Virus record (IMG/VR): IMGVR_UViG_3300021138_001972
Span: 23,335-87,334 of that record
Length of the DNA stretch: 64,000 bases
Strand: one strand, 5' to 3'
From: a virus
How positions within the stretch are numbered: the first letter of the stretch is position 1; each line of letters opens with the position of its first letter. Positions 52,761 through 61,333 of this stretch are shown here, in pieces. The notes under the pieces were generated by a model that did no database searches, was not told the origin of the DNA, and saw only the letters and a list, made by a program, of their open reading frames with translations. The translations under genes were made by a program, and so were the position numbers.

Positions 52761-53367
52761 TCACACTGTCCCTGATCTGTTCAAAGGTTTTGGTTGGTAT
52801 CAACGACTGATGCTGCTGCTCGTATCGTGTGCTCCATATGCACAACAATTCGTTGAACCCCAGAGATCGTGCCATGTCAATGCCCGCGGGTATGTCATCT
52901 TGATTGTGACTGAATATTATCCATTTCCAGCACATGCGCACCTCGGGATTTGCTGCACGCAGCGTGCGTATGCCAGCTTCCACGGTAGGCCATCTGCTGT
53001 TCACGCGATAGAGATGATTGTTATAAGGCAGTCCGTCAATGCTGAACGTGATGCTGTCTCTTTTGGTCAGCAGAGGTGCCAACTGCATCCACCATCGTTC
53101 ACTTCTAAACGAGCCGTTGGTCACTATCTCAAATGTGATGCTGGGCTGTCGAGCTCGTATGGCAGCAACCAGCTCAGGTAACTGAGGATGATATATGGGA
53201 TCGCCGTGGTTACCGCTCATCATGACCAAATCATAGTTGGAGCAGATGCTGGCAGCTATGTCGATATCTATGTCCATCATTTGCAGATCTCTCCATCCTG
53301 TGCGTGCACACTGATGGCACGCTAGTGTGCATCTCGAGGTAGGTTCTAGGTGTAAACGTCTAATCAT
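52747..53367 (-). CDS. radical SAM domain protein
   Basis: CTLACHQC, GNHGDP, TNG, FSIDGL. Confidence 0.85.
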   Translation of the reverse strand: MIRRLHLEPTSRCTLACHQCARTGWRDLQMMDIDIDIAASICSNYDLVMMSGNHGDPIYHPQLPELVAAIRARQPSITFEIVTNGSFRSERWWMQLAPLLTKRDSITFSIDGLPYNNHLYRVNSRWPTVEAGIRTLRAANPEVRMCWKWIIFSHNQDDIPAGIDMARSLGFNELLCIWSTRYEQQHQSLIPTKTFEQIRDSVNAAS

Positions 53368-53395
53368 GACCTATTTAATGTTAAACACTCTGCCA

Positions 53396-53470
53396 GCTCC
53401 AATCATCTAGCAGCCTAGGATACCCGACTCTTTGCGGATCACAAGGGTTCAAATCCCTTTGGGAGCACCA
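53396..53470 (+). pseudogene. degenerate tRNA-Glu-like gene
   Basis: body resembles 45252-45327; anticodon arm disrupted (CTC). Confidence 0.6.
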
Positions 53471-53489
53471 AATCATTGTTAAATAACTG

Positions 53490-53693
53490 ATGCGCTTGAT
53501 AGATCTATTTCTCACCGAAGACGAGCTGGCAGAACTGGAGTTCATGGGCAGCACCTGCACCAAAGATTGCAGCGGTCATCGCGCTGGCTACAAGTGGAGC
53601 ATGGACAGAGGCGGGCGACAACCCAGCTCAACCAGCCCAAGCTTCAACAAGGGTGCTGCTATAGCAGCCAAGGTCCGGGTAGCTCAGTGGTAG
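53490..53693 (+). CDS. truncated copy of 55011-55334, fused to a tRNA gene
   Basis: near-identical first ~65 aa; stop lies in the tRNA D-loop. Confidence 0.6.
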   Translation: MRLIDLFLTEDELAELEFMGSTCTKDCSGHRAGYKWSMDRGGRQPSSTSPSFNKGAAIAAKVRVAQW

Positions 53694-53747
53694 AGCCTGA
53701 GCCTCAAGAGCTCCGCGTCGGTGGTTCAATCCCATCCTCGGGCACCA
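53673..53747 (+). tRNA. tRNA with CAA anticodon on a Phe-like body
   Basis: GTCCGGG..CTCGGGC-A-CCA acceptor, short variable loop, CT-CAA-GA loop. Confidence 0.75.
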
Positions 53748-53752
53748 TATCT

Positions 53753-53828
53753 GCGCATGTGGATCTCTGGTGAGATCACCTGTCTGTCTAACAGGTCGAG
53801 GTGGGTTCAATTCCCATCATGCGCGCCA
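53753..53828 (+). tRNA. tRNA-Asp(GTC), second copy
   Basis: 3 differences from 51360-51435. Confidence 0.93.
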
Positions 53829-53842
53829 AAAACTAGTGTCAT

Positions 53843-53916
53843 GGTCTGGTGGCGGAGTGGCCACGCTGTGGACTGCAAATCCACCCACGGGGGTTCGATT
53901 CCCTCCCAGACCTCCA
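53843..53916 (+). tRNA. tRNA-Cys(GCA), second copy
   Basis: cloverleaf, U73, CCA. Confidence 0.92.
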
Positions 53917-53936
53917 ACTGAGTATCTATCGCTAGG

Positions 53937-54941
53937 CTACAAATCTCTGCATACCACAGCTTCGGCTAATTGCTGCCGCAGCTTGGCTAATGTTTGCTGC
54001 ATCAGCGCACGTTCTGGATCTGGTATGACATACACAAACTCATCAAGTAGATCAAGATTCTTGAAACTATAAGCTTTGATCTGCGCTGTATCTATACGAC
54101 TAAGTTTACCTCGCTCGGGTAATTTTAGATCAAAGAACAGATCACAATAATCAACCGGCGTGTAGATATCTGAGCTCTGGGCACACCAAAGCCTGGTCTG
54201 TTGATAATAATCACATTCAAATCTCTGATATGCGGTGCTATAATAGATGTTTTCTCTGATATAGGCATCAAAGTTATCCGGATCAGCCGGATCGCGGCCA
54301 AGTGCTTTGCAGTCACAGAAATACAGCATGCTGAATTGACTACCCAACAACCTAAATCCATTTACCCTATCTCGCAGTTTTTCCGTAGCATTGAAATATT
54401 CCAGATAGTCTATGGTACCGTGAAAGCCATCTTTGGTGAGTATATCATTGAGTATTTCTATCAAGGACCAAGGCTTATAGGTGAATACCGTGGTAAACTT
54501 ATTCTTGCGCACACGCAACAGTTCAGCTATCCAGGCATGTTCTTCACGCATGGTAATAGCTATCAGTTCGTTGGTGTGAAAATTTACTATATTGCTGGTT
54601 AGATATGGTGATTCATGAGCAGTTGCAATCTTCGTGGTATCCCGTATCTGCGGATTTCTCACAAAATCTTTGGCTCTTGAATATAAACTATCCAAATTCA
54701 CTGCGCATCTCATATGGCTGTCTTTCCATCTTACACTGCAGTCGTCTAGCTCGAGATAGTTCATAGTCGCGCCCCAGTCGTTGGTGGCAGCATCTTGATA
54801 CCACCATTTGCCTTGCATCAATCCACCGAGAAAATTGCCACTGGCGCCAGAAGGATAGATCAACGAGCTGTGAGTTTTGACTTCAAAGTACTTGAAATCT
54901 TTGAACACTGGATGATCAATATCTAAGGGCAATAACATCAA
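53937..54941 (-). CDS. hypothetical protein (paralog of 50359-51339)
   Basis: shared motifs with 50359-51339. Confidence 0.75.
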   Translation of the reverse strand: MMLLPLDIDHPVFKDFKYFEVKTHSSLIYPSGASGNFLGGLMQGKWWYQDAATNDWGATMNYLELDDCSVRWKDSHMRCAVNLDSLYSRAKDFVRNPQIRDTTKIATAHESPYLTSNIVNFHTNELIAITMREEHAWIAELLRVRKNKFTTVFTYKPWSLIEILNDILTKDGFHGTIDYLEYFNATEKLRDRVNGFRLLGSQFSMLYFCDCKALGRDPADPDNFDAYIRENIYYSTAYQRFECDYYQQTRLWCAQSSDIYTPVDYCDLFFDLKLPERGKLSRIDTAQIKAYSFKNLDLLDEFVYVIPDPERALMQQTLAKLRQQLAEAVVCRDL

Positions 54942-55010
54942 ACTATATATGCTGCTGGTCAGCTGGATTGTTCACTAAGATTTGACTGTGGAAATATGTG
55001 TAAATAAACC

Positions 55011-55334
55011 ATGCGCTTGATAGATCTATTCCTCACCGAAGACAAGCTGGCAGAACTGGAGTTCATGGGCAGCACTTGCACCAAGGACTGCAGCGGCCAT
55101 CGAGCTGGTTATTATTGGAGCCTAGATCGCGGCGGCAAGCAACCTAGCCCGCTGAGTCCCAGCCCTAGCTTCAACAAGGGTGCTGCTATAGCAGCCAAGG
55201 TTCGAGTAGCAAGACCACAAGGTGGAGGTAAATTTGCTCAGTATCTCAGCCAAACACCCAGCGCTGTGCGAAAGAGACAGCAGCGTGCACAGGCCAAGAT
55301 TACACCACCTGCAGTTTCACCTAACAATCCTTGA
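55011..55334 (+). CDS. small protein with CTKDCSGH.AGY.W motif
   Basis: leaderless after TAAATA; MRLIDLFLTE leader. Confidence 0.7.
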   Translation: MRLIDLFLTEDKLAELEFMGSTCTKDCSGHRAGYYWSLDRGGKQPSPLSPSPSFNKGAAIAAKVRVARPQGGGKFAQYLSQTPSAVRKRQQRAQAKITPPAVSPNNP

Positions 55335-55393
55335 ATCTGCATTGGCATTGCCCCTGTGACCAACACAGGGTTAACATCCTGGTTGTTGGCAGC

Positions 55394-56050
55394 TTACCTG
55401 TTGAAATCTATGGAATGAGAGAATGGTTGTTTGTATTCCTGTGTGAAATCGTATGATTGATCAAATAGAGATGCTAGATCTCGCAACATCTCAGATTCGC
55501 TTTTGTTGTGCAAATGAAACCATGCGCTATGGATGACAGCTGCGTCTTCGTAGGCATCATCTAATCCAAAGAAATGCCTAATGCTGTGATAAAATTTTGG
55601 ATCAAGCTCTGGTTGATACAGCAACGACGAATCTAATACCAGAGAAGGTTTTCTCTCGCCAGCGTCTATCAGGTACTGGGCATTGGTGCGTTCTACCTGT
55701 TCTAAAAACCATCTTATGGTCCTATTATTCAGAGAGCTGTTCCATTTTACATAAGAACGTAAACATAACTGCGGGTCGCAGCTGAGAAACAACCAGGAAT
55801 CTCTGTGATCATTAATGTCTGTCGCATCATGGGCCACGGCAATTCTTGAATGCAACTGCGGTAGCTCCCTGAACTTCCATTCGTAAGCTAACCAATTGTG
55901 CCATGTCCTCTGAGCTGGGTATACCTCACTGAGCATGCGATCTCTGTCTATACCTAGGTCGGGATATGACAGCATCATCAACCATCGCACGTGGTTCTTG
56001 AAAGCTCCCATTGGTGCAATTATAGCGTGTTTCTTGGAATCTTCAGGCAT
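55394..56050 (-). CDS. hypothetical protein
   Basis: 218-aa ORF. Confidence 0.65.
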   Translation of the reverse strand: MPEDSKKHAIIAPMGAFKNHVRWLMMLSYPDLGIDRDRMLSEVYPAQRTWHNWLAYEWKFRELPQLHSRIAVAHDATDINDHRDSWLFLSCDPQLCLRSYVKWNSSLNNRTIRWFLEQVERTNAQYLIDAGERKPSLVLDSSLLYQPELDPKFYHSIRHFFGLDDAYEDAAVIHSAWFHLHNKSESEMLRDLASLFDQSYDFTQEYKQPFSHSIDFNR

Positions 56051-56144
56051 GGGCCTTGGTCATCTGTGATATGCTCATACTTATGATGCACTATACGGCA
56101 TTTAAATCTCATGTATCTGTTTTTTTCATGGTTTGAACTCATCT

Positions 56145-56216
56145 GCATCCAGCCAGCAGATAGGATCGCACAGACTTCCAATCTGCATAGACGGGTTTGA
56201 CTCGTTGAGGGCACCA
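56145..56216 (+). pseudogene. heavily degenerate tRNA (TCC anticodon loop)
   Basis: CAGA-CTTCCAA-TCTG arm, remnant T-arm, CACCA. Confidence 0.4.
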
Positions 56217-56220
56217 CCAT

Positions 56221-56297
56221 GCGATCGTAGTCCAACTGGCAGAGTCATCAGCTTGAGGTGCTGCGTGTTGGCGGTTCCAATACGTGCAATCGCACCA
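56221..56297 (+). pseudogene. degenerate tRNA-Leu(GAG)
   Basis: Leu-type D-loop, TT-GAG-GT loop, broken T-arm, ACCA. Confidence 0.6.
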
Positions 56298-56311
56298 TAT
56301 TATTGACATGG

Positions 56312-57019
56312 TCAATTATTTAATAATCGGCGTTTTCCAGGCCAAACATGATCTTTGTATTCTTGGATATGTTTACGCCATAAGATAGTCAAAGATATTG
56401 TTGAGTGAGGATAATTTGATTTATCCACAAAGGCGGCAACAGATTTACAATCTGACTTGAGATACATTTCCCATAATTCGCAAGCTTTTTGTCTGGCAGC
56501 TTCTCTGGCTATGGCACGCCTGTCTATTTTTGCACGTTTTGCTCTAGCGAAATCTATTATACGGCCCTTAATCCAACCAACCTCCAACCAATGAGGTAAT
56601 TCATGTTCTTCTATTTTTTGATTTTTTTCCAGGACAAGATTGGTGATCCACACCTTACCAAATTGACTGTTCTTAGTTCCCGATTGATTAAGACTCATAA
56701 CCAACGAGAAATTTTTCCTACAGGCTTCATATAATCTGGAATTCATATATCTCTTACCGTTGGCTGACGCTGCCATCATCATGAATGCGTGCTGCATCTT
56801 ATACCATTCGCATGTTCCAACAGGATACATTTTGGTAAGTAGGTAATGGCAAACAAAATGTTCTCTAGATGATAACGCGATTAAATTTTCTAAATCATTA
56901 CTACCGCCGATTGATCGAGGTAGAATGTGATGTATTTCTTGATACTCGTTGATATCTGCAGATTTTTTCTTTCTGTTATTGATTATTGCATGATACCAAT
57001 TGTAATATTTGTTTGACAT
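56312..57019 (-). CDS. free-standing HNH homing endonuclease
   Basis: HHILPRSIGGSNDLENLIALSSREHFVCHYLL; AT-rich. Confidence 0.85.
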   Translation of the reverse strand: MSNKYYNWYHAIINNRKKKSADINEYQEIHHILPRSIGGSNDLENLIALSSREHFVCHYLLTKMYPVGTCEWYKMQHAFMMMAASANGKRYMNSRLYEACRKNFSLVMSLNQSGTKNSQFGKVWITNLVLEKNQKIEEHELPHWLEVGWIKGRIIDFARAKRAKIDRRAIAREAARQKACELWEMYLKSDCKSVAAFVDKSNYPHSTISLTILWRKHIQEYKDHVWPGKRRLLNN

Positions 57020-57072
57020 AATACACCACAGTTAATCAAATGTATTTATTATTGATTAACTGTTATCAATGG

Positions 57073-57149
57073 TGCTGGACGGTCACAAGGTGGGACAGCA
57101 GACTGTTAATCTGTTCATCAGGTAGGTTCGATTCCTACTCCAGCAGCCA
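57073..57149 (+). tRNA. tRNA-Asn(GTT), second isodecoder
   Basis: cloverleaf, GCCA. Confidence 0.92.
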
Positions 57150-57278
57150 CTCTTTCAGATCCTCTGCTCATGAGACAATGGTCGAGCGTGTTCCTCGGGA
57201 CACCGAGTAGATGGATTTGGAGCTGCTCAAGGTGAGAGGTCCCAGTGTATAAAGGGACCTCTCGAGTACGCTCAGCTA

Positions 57279-57614
57279 TTACTTGTGGCTTTTGCCGTTA
57301 CCGTTGATGAAAGCATTGAACTTCTCAGCTGCTTCTAGCACCTTGTCCACACCAGGTACCTCTGGCATGGTCACGCTGTGGACCACTTGGCCCCGCTTGT
57401 CATCGTGCTGAGCACTGAACTCTAACTGTCCGATCTTGGTCTTGTATTCAAACTGCACCACGTCCTTGGCCATGTCCAGCAACTGTGTGCGGATCTCATA
57501 TCCGTTCTTGTTGAACTTGACTTCTGGTAGTGCGCTGTAGGCTTTCATGTTCTCTGCAAACTCTTGTGCGAACTTGGTGTAATCAAACTTGAATAGGTCT
57601 TGCATGTTGCTCAT
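57279..57614 (-). CDS. hypothetical phage protein
   Basis: AGGAG RBS; FNKNGYEIRTQLLDMAKD..VLEAAEKF. Confidence 0.7.
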   Translation of the reverse strand: MSNMQDLFKFDYTKFAQEFAENMKAYSALPEVKFNKNGYEIRTQLLDMAKDVVQFEYKTKIGQLEFSAQHDDKRGQVVHSVTMPEVPGVDKVLEAAEKFNAFINGNGKSHK

Positions 57615-57701
57615 TGTGTTAGCTCCTCTGTGTGTGTTGACGCAGCAGTGTTGCTGCTGTATATATTTAATGCATTCAGATGACAAGAGCAAGTGGTGAA
57701 T

Positions 57702-57778
57702 GGTCACGTAGTCTAACTGGACAAGGCAACGCTCTTCTAAAGCGTCTTATGTAGGTTCGAGTCCTACCGTGACCGCCA
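57702..57778 (+). tRNA. tRNA-Arg(TCT)
   Basis: cloverleaf, GCCA. Confidence 0.93.
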
Positions 57779-57813
57779 ACTTGACTGTGGTGGCAAAATC
57801 TATATAATTACAT

Positions 57814-57848
57814 TGCGCGGTGGTGGAAAAGTGCCACGACAGGTTCTG
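57814..57848 (+). pseudogene. 5' fragment of an initiator-like tRNA
   Basis: TGCGCGG-TG-GTGG-AAAAGTG-CCAC-G-ACAGG, then abrupt AT-rich sequence. Confidence 0.5.
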
Positions 57849-57880
57849 AATGATAAATACATTTATCAAAGGAATAGTAA

Positions 57881-58651
57881 ATGTATTACACGATTTATCA
57901 GATAACCAATCTCGTAAATGGCAAGATTTATATAGGCAAACATCAAACAAATGACTTAGCGGATGGTTATTTTGGATCTGGCACTGCATTGAAAAAGGCA
58001 ATAGCTAAACACGGGAAAGATGTATTTCGCAAGGACATCCTACATGTCTTTAACAATGAAGCAGAAATGAATGCTAAAGAAAAGGAACTTATAACCGAAG
58101 ATTTTGTTAGGAGGTTAGATACATATAACCTTGGAGTCGGAGGGGAGGGCGGCCCCCACTTCAAAGGCAGAAAACACTCTGATCAGACTAGGCAAAAACT
58201 AGCAGAAATACGGCAGATAAATCCGATAGTGTATACAGATGAACTAAGACGCAAGATGTCAGAAAAAAATAAAGGGCGTGTTGTCTCAGATTTGACTAAA
58301 CAAAAATTGAGTCAATTGGCCAACGAACGATATGCATCAGATAGCGAGGTTAGAAAAAAAATATCTGCTGCTATGAAACAATATTGCCATAGATATCCAA
58401 TGTCAGACGAAACTAAACAAAAATTGCATCTAGCGCATGTTGGAAAACGATTATCGGATGATCACAAAGATAAGATAAGAACTACTATGTTGTCAAAGTC
58501 AACTAAAGATTGGCCAGCAATACAGCAGGATTTTGACAACGGATTATCGCGAGAAAAGTTATTTTCTAAACATAACATTACCAGAAATATGCTGAGAGCA
58601 GGTAAAGCTGCTGGTTTATTTGTCGGTAGTTATAGAAGTAGACACAATTAA
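57881..58651 (+). CDS. GIY-YIG (Seg-like) homing endonuclease with NUMOD3-like repeats
   Basis: TIYQITNLVNGKIYIGKH..Y.GSG..YNL..GG; KHSDQTRQKL repeats. Confidence 0.88.
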   Translation: MYYTIYQITNLVNGKIYIGKHQTNDLADGYFGSGTALKKAIAKHGKDVFRKDILHVFNNEAEMNAKEKELITEDFVRRLDTYNLGVGGEGGPHFKGRKHSDQTRQKLAEIRQINPIVYTDELRRKMSEKNKGRVVSDLTKQKLSQLANERYASDSEVRKKISAAMKQYCHRYPMSDETKQKLHLAHVGKRLSDDHKDKIRTTMLSKSTKDWPAIQQDFDNGLSREKLFSKHNITRNMLRAGKAAGLFVGSYRSRHN

Positions 58652-58674
58652 ATCTTAGTTTATAATTATACTAT

Positions 58675-58750
58675 AGCGGATTAGGGAAAAAGTTATCCCG
58701 CCTGGCTCATAACCAGGAGACACCAGGAGCGTTACCTGGATCCGCAACCA
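58675..58750 (+). tRNA. initiator-type tRNA-fMet(CAT)
   Basis: A1-A72 mismatch, purine-11 D-stem, T-loop AGCGTTA, CCA. Confidence 0.8.
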
Positions 58751-58761
58751 AATTTTGAGAC

Positions 58762-58879
58762 GCGGATGTAGCTCAGTGGTAGAGCGCGACCTTGCCAGAA
58801 CACATTGTTGCACCCTAGTGCATGTTAAGGTGTGTTCCGGAAGGTTGATGTCGAGGGTTCGAATCCCTTCGTCCGCTCA
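58762..58879 (+). tRNA. tRNA-Gly(GCC) with a 44-nt insertion in the anticodon loop
   Basis: both halves intact; insert 58798-58841; 3' end TCA, no full CCA. Confidence 0.75.
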
Positions 58880-58884
58880 TTGGC

Positions 58885-58935
58885 TCCTCAGTAGCATAAG
58901 TAGCAGTGTCAATAAGACTGCTGTGCTACTGAGGA
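58885..58935 (+). promoter_or_regulatory. RBS-sequestering hairpin upstream of the GIY-YIG gene
   Basis: TCCTCAGTAGCA pairs with TGCTACTGAGGA; TAAGTA inside. Confidence 0.7.
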
Positions 58936-58941
58936 CCATCA

Positions 58942-59604
58942 ATGTTTTATACCATCTATAAGATAACCAATCTTGTAAATCAAAAGACCTACATAGGCAA
59001 GCATCAGACTGCTGATCTTGACGATGGTTATATGGGCAGCGGTAAGCTCCTGAAACTTGCCATAAACAAATATGGTATTGAGAACTTCAGCAAGGAAATC
59101 CTGCATGTATTTGATAACGAAGCTGACATGAATGCCAAGGAAAAGGAATTGGTAGTCGTGGGCGAGTCAACCTACAATCTCAACGTTGGAGGTAATGGCG
59201 GTTTTGGTTACATCAACAGCAATCTGCACCTGTGGAAAGGCAAGAACCAACGGGCTAGGAAATTGGCAGACAAGAAGGTTGAAGAACGCTACGGACCAGA
59301 ATGGCGCACAGTGATAGGCAAGATGGGCGTCAAGGCTAGACAGGTAAAATATCCAGATCTTAGCAGCAAAACTGCCAAACGCGGGCATGAAGAGGGATGG
59401 CTGACTTTCAAAGGTATGAAGCACACAGACGAAACCAAGAGAAAGATAAGTGAAGCCAACAAGCGATTGGTAGGAGCAGCTAACAGCCAATATGGAACTT
59501 GTTGGGTCATGAACGAGGCTGGCAGCAAGAAGATTCCAAAAGAAGAACTCGACAAGTACCTAAGTTTAGGGTATATTAAGGGTAGAAGAATTATGCGAAC
59601 GTAA
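58942..59604 (+). CDS. GIY-YIG (Seg-like) homing endonuclease
   Basis: TIYKITNLVNQKTYIGKH..YMGSG..YNL; KHTDETKRKIS. Confidence 0.88.
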   Translation: MFYTIYKITNLVNQKTYIGKHQTADLDDGYMGSGKLLKLAINKYGIENFSKEILHVFDNEADMNAKEKELVVVGESTYNLNVGGNGGFGYINSNLHLWKGKNQRARKLADKKVEERYGPEWRTVIGKMGVKARQVKYPDLSSKTAKRGHEEGWLTFKGMKHTDETKRKISEANKRLVGAANSQYGTCWVMNEAGSKKIPKEELDKYLSLGYIKGRRIMRT

Positions 59605-59669
59605 CTCAGTGGTAGAGTCTCAGCCTTCCAAGCTGTTGGTCGAGGGTTCGATTCCCTCCGTTCGCTCCA
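59595..59669 (+). tRNA. tRNA-Gly(TCC)
   Basis: cloverleaf, U73, CCA. Confidence 0.93.
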
Positions 59670-59693
59670 AGAAACGTAGCACAGGGATGAACC

Positions 59694-60428
59694 ATGGGTG
59701 AGAGCAAGCGCAAGGCCAAGCAGACAAAACCACGGCAGTTCAACAAGATCGATCTCACAGAAAGGCCAGACATACCTGTGATGGCTGGCAAGCTGGAACT
59801 GGGCTTGCTCACAGCAGTGAGAGCCGAAGCACTGCGGCAGCGCACTGCTGACCCGGTGTCATACAATCATGGCCTTGCTGGCATGATCAAGGAAGAATAT
59901 CATTTCAACCCAGAGTCAGTGCCAGCACTGCTCAGCTACATCGAAGAGATGTATGAGACCTATAATCGGCACTTTGATCTCTACGGTGACAAGGTCAGCT
60001 GCCTGGGACACATATGGACCAACTTCCAAAAGAAGCACGAGTTCAACCCCATACACAATCACACCGGGGCTGTGAGTTTTACCATCTGGGTGCAGATACC
60101 CTATGACATAGCAGCTGAGCAAGCTGTGTTTCCACAGGGCACGGTGAACGTGACCAGCAACTTCCAGTTTGTGTACAGTGGCCAAACGGAAGACATCGTG
60201 ACCTACAACTTCCCAGTTCAAAAGGACTGGGAAGGCATGATACTGATGTGGCCCAGCTGGCTGTGTCACCTGGTCCATCCGTTCTACACTAGCGATGACT
60301 ATCGCATCAGCTTGGCTGGCAATATCTATGTGCTGGGTGAGAACTACAAATGCCAGGCAACAGATGATCCAGACGAGATCATACGCCAGACGCTGGCCAT
60401 GCAGGCAGCGCAGAGACAATCACAATAA
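59694..60428 (+). CDS. putative 2OG-Fe(II) oxygenase
   Basis: NPIHNH, WPSWL.H.V.PF, RISLAGN. Confidence 0.8.
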   Translation: MGESKRKAKQTKPRQFNKIDLTERPDIPVMAGKLELGLLTAVRAEALRQRTADPVSYNHGLAGMIKEEYHFNPESVPALLSYIEEMYETYNRHFDLYGDKVSCLGHIWTNFQKKHEFNPIHNHTGAVSFTIWVQIPYDIAAEQAVFPQGTVNVTSNFQFVYSGQTEDIVTYNFPVQKDWEGMILMWPSWLCHLVHPFYTSDDYRISLAGNIYVLGENYKCQATDDPDEIIRQTLAMQAAQRQSQ

Positions 60429-60457
60429 CTATTAAATACCCATGAAAGGAGACAGCC

Positions 60458-60616
60458 ATGAAACAGAGCAAACTAATCCACAAACTCTATCAGGCTTGTC
60501 TCGACCACGACGAGAAGGCCATCGCTGAGCTCCGCAGGAAAGAGTTCAAGAAGATCTTCAAGCACCGAGCCGAGAACAAGACGTTCGGTAGCAATTGGTC
60601 AGTAGTTCGCATATAA
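60458..60616 (+). CDS. small basic hypothetical protein (52 aa)
   Basis: TAAATA, AAGGAG RBS, MKQSKLIHKLYQAC...; not in the ORF track. Confidence 0.6.
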   Translation: MKQSKLIHKLYQACLDHDEKAIAELRRKEFKKIFKHRAENKTFGSNWSVVRI

Positions 60617-60626
60617 TAAACAACAA

Positions 60627-60702
60627 GGGCCCTTAGCTCATCTGGGAGAGCGATAGCTTTGCAAGCTATAGGTGATCGGTTCGAGTCCGATAGGGTCCAC
60701 CA
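60627..60702 (+). tRNA. tRNA-Ala(TGC)
   Basis: G3-U70, CCA. Confidence 0.95.
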
Positions 60703-60709
60703 AACTAAT

Positions 60710-60784
60710 GAGCGATTGGCGCAGCGGTAGCGCAGGGCTTTTACACAGCTAAGGTCGGGAGTTCGAATCTCTCATCGCCCACCA
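60710..60784 (+). tRNA. tRNA-Val(TAC)
   Basis: cloverleaf, CCA. Confidence 0.9.
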
Positions 60785-60950
60785 ACATTTGATTTGCATA
60801 ACTAGCAGGCGAGATGCTATTCTCGCACATCAACTTCACAGGAAGAAAGATGCCCTACGACGGCCACAGTAATGGGCCGCTGGCACGCAGCTGATGATCG
60901 CTAGCAAGCGTTGATCCTGCGGCCCAGCGGCTGACCAAGGAGATGCGCAG

Positions 60951-61307
60951 ATGAGCAGATACATTTCGGCTGGGTTTGATACTCTCAGCAACTGGATAGC
61001 AGCAGCGCTGGGACAACCTGCTGCGTTCATAATAGCCTGTGCCACCGTGTTGATATGGGCACTCACTGGACCTATATTCCAGTACAGCGACACGTGGCAG
61101 CTGGTGATCAATACCAGCACCACCATAATAACCTTCCTCATGGTTTTCTTGCTGCAGAACACAGGTAACAGGACCATACAAGAAATGCACGAGCGCTTGC
61201 GTAATCTGGAGCAATTGAACGTTCAGCTGCTGCAAGAGCTTAGAAACCAACAGAAACCGGTTGACAACAACAGGGATCTCGTAAATAATATGACATGCTC
61301 AAGTTGA
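60951..61307 (+). CDS. low-affinity iron permease family protein
   Basis: GPIFQYSDTWQLVINTSTTIITFLMVFLLQNT..R. Confidence 0.85.
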   Translation: MSRYISAGFDTLSNWIAAALGQPAAFIIACATVLIWALTGPIFQYSDTWQLVINTSTTIITFLMVFLLQNTGNRTIQEMHERLRNLEQLNVQLLQELRNQQKPVDNNRDLVNNMTCSS

Positions 61308-61333
61308 GCCTGTGACACAGAGGAACATTCCAA

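Noticed and set aside
47634-59604. Endonucleases as group I intron-encoded
   Set aside because: There is no room for, or sign of, intron core helices; they sit between tRNA genes.
60891-60897. CTGATGA hammerhead core
   Set aside because: There is no downstream GAAA or three-stem junction.
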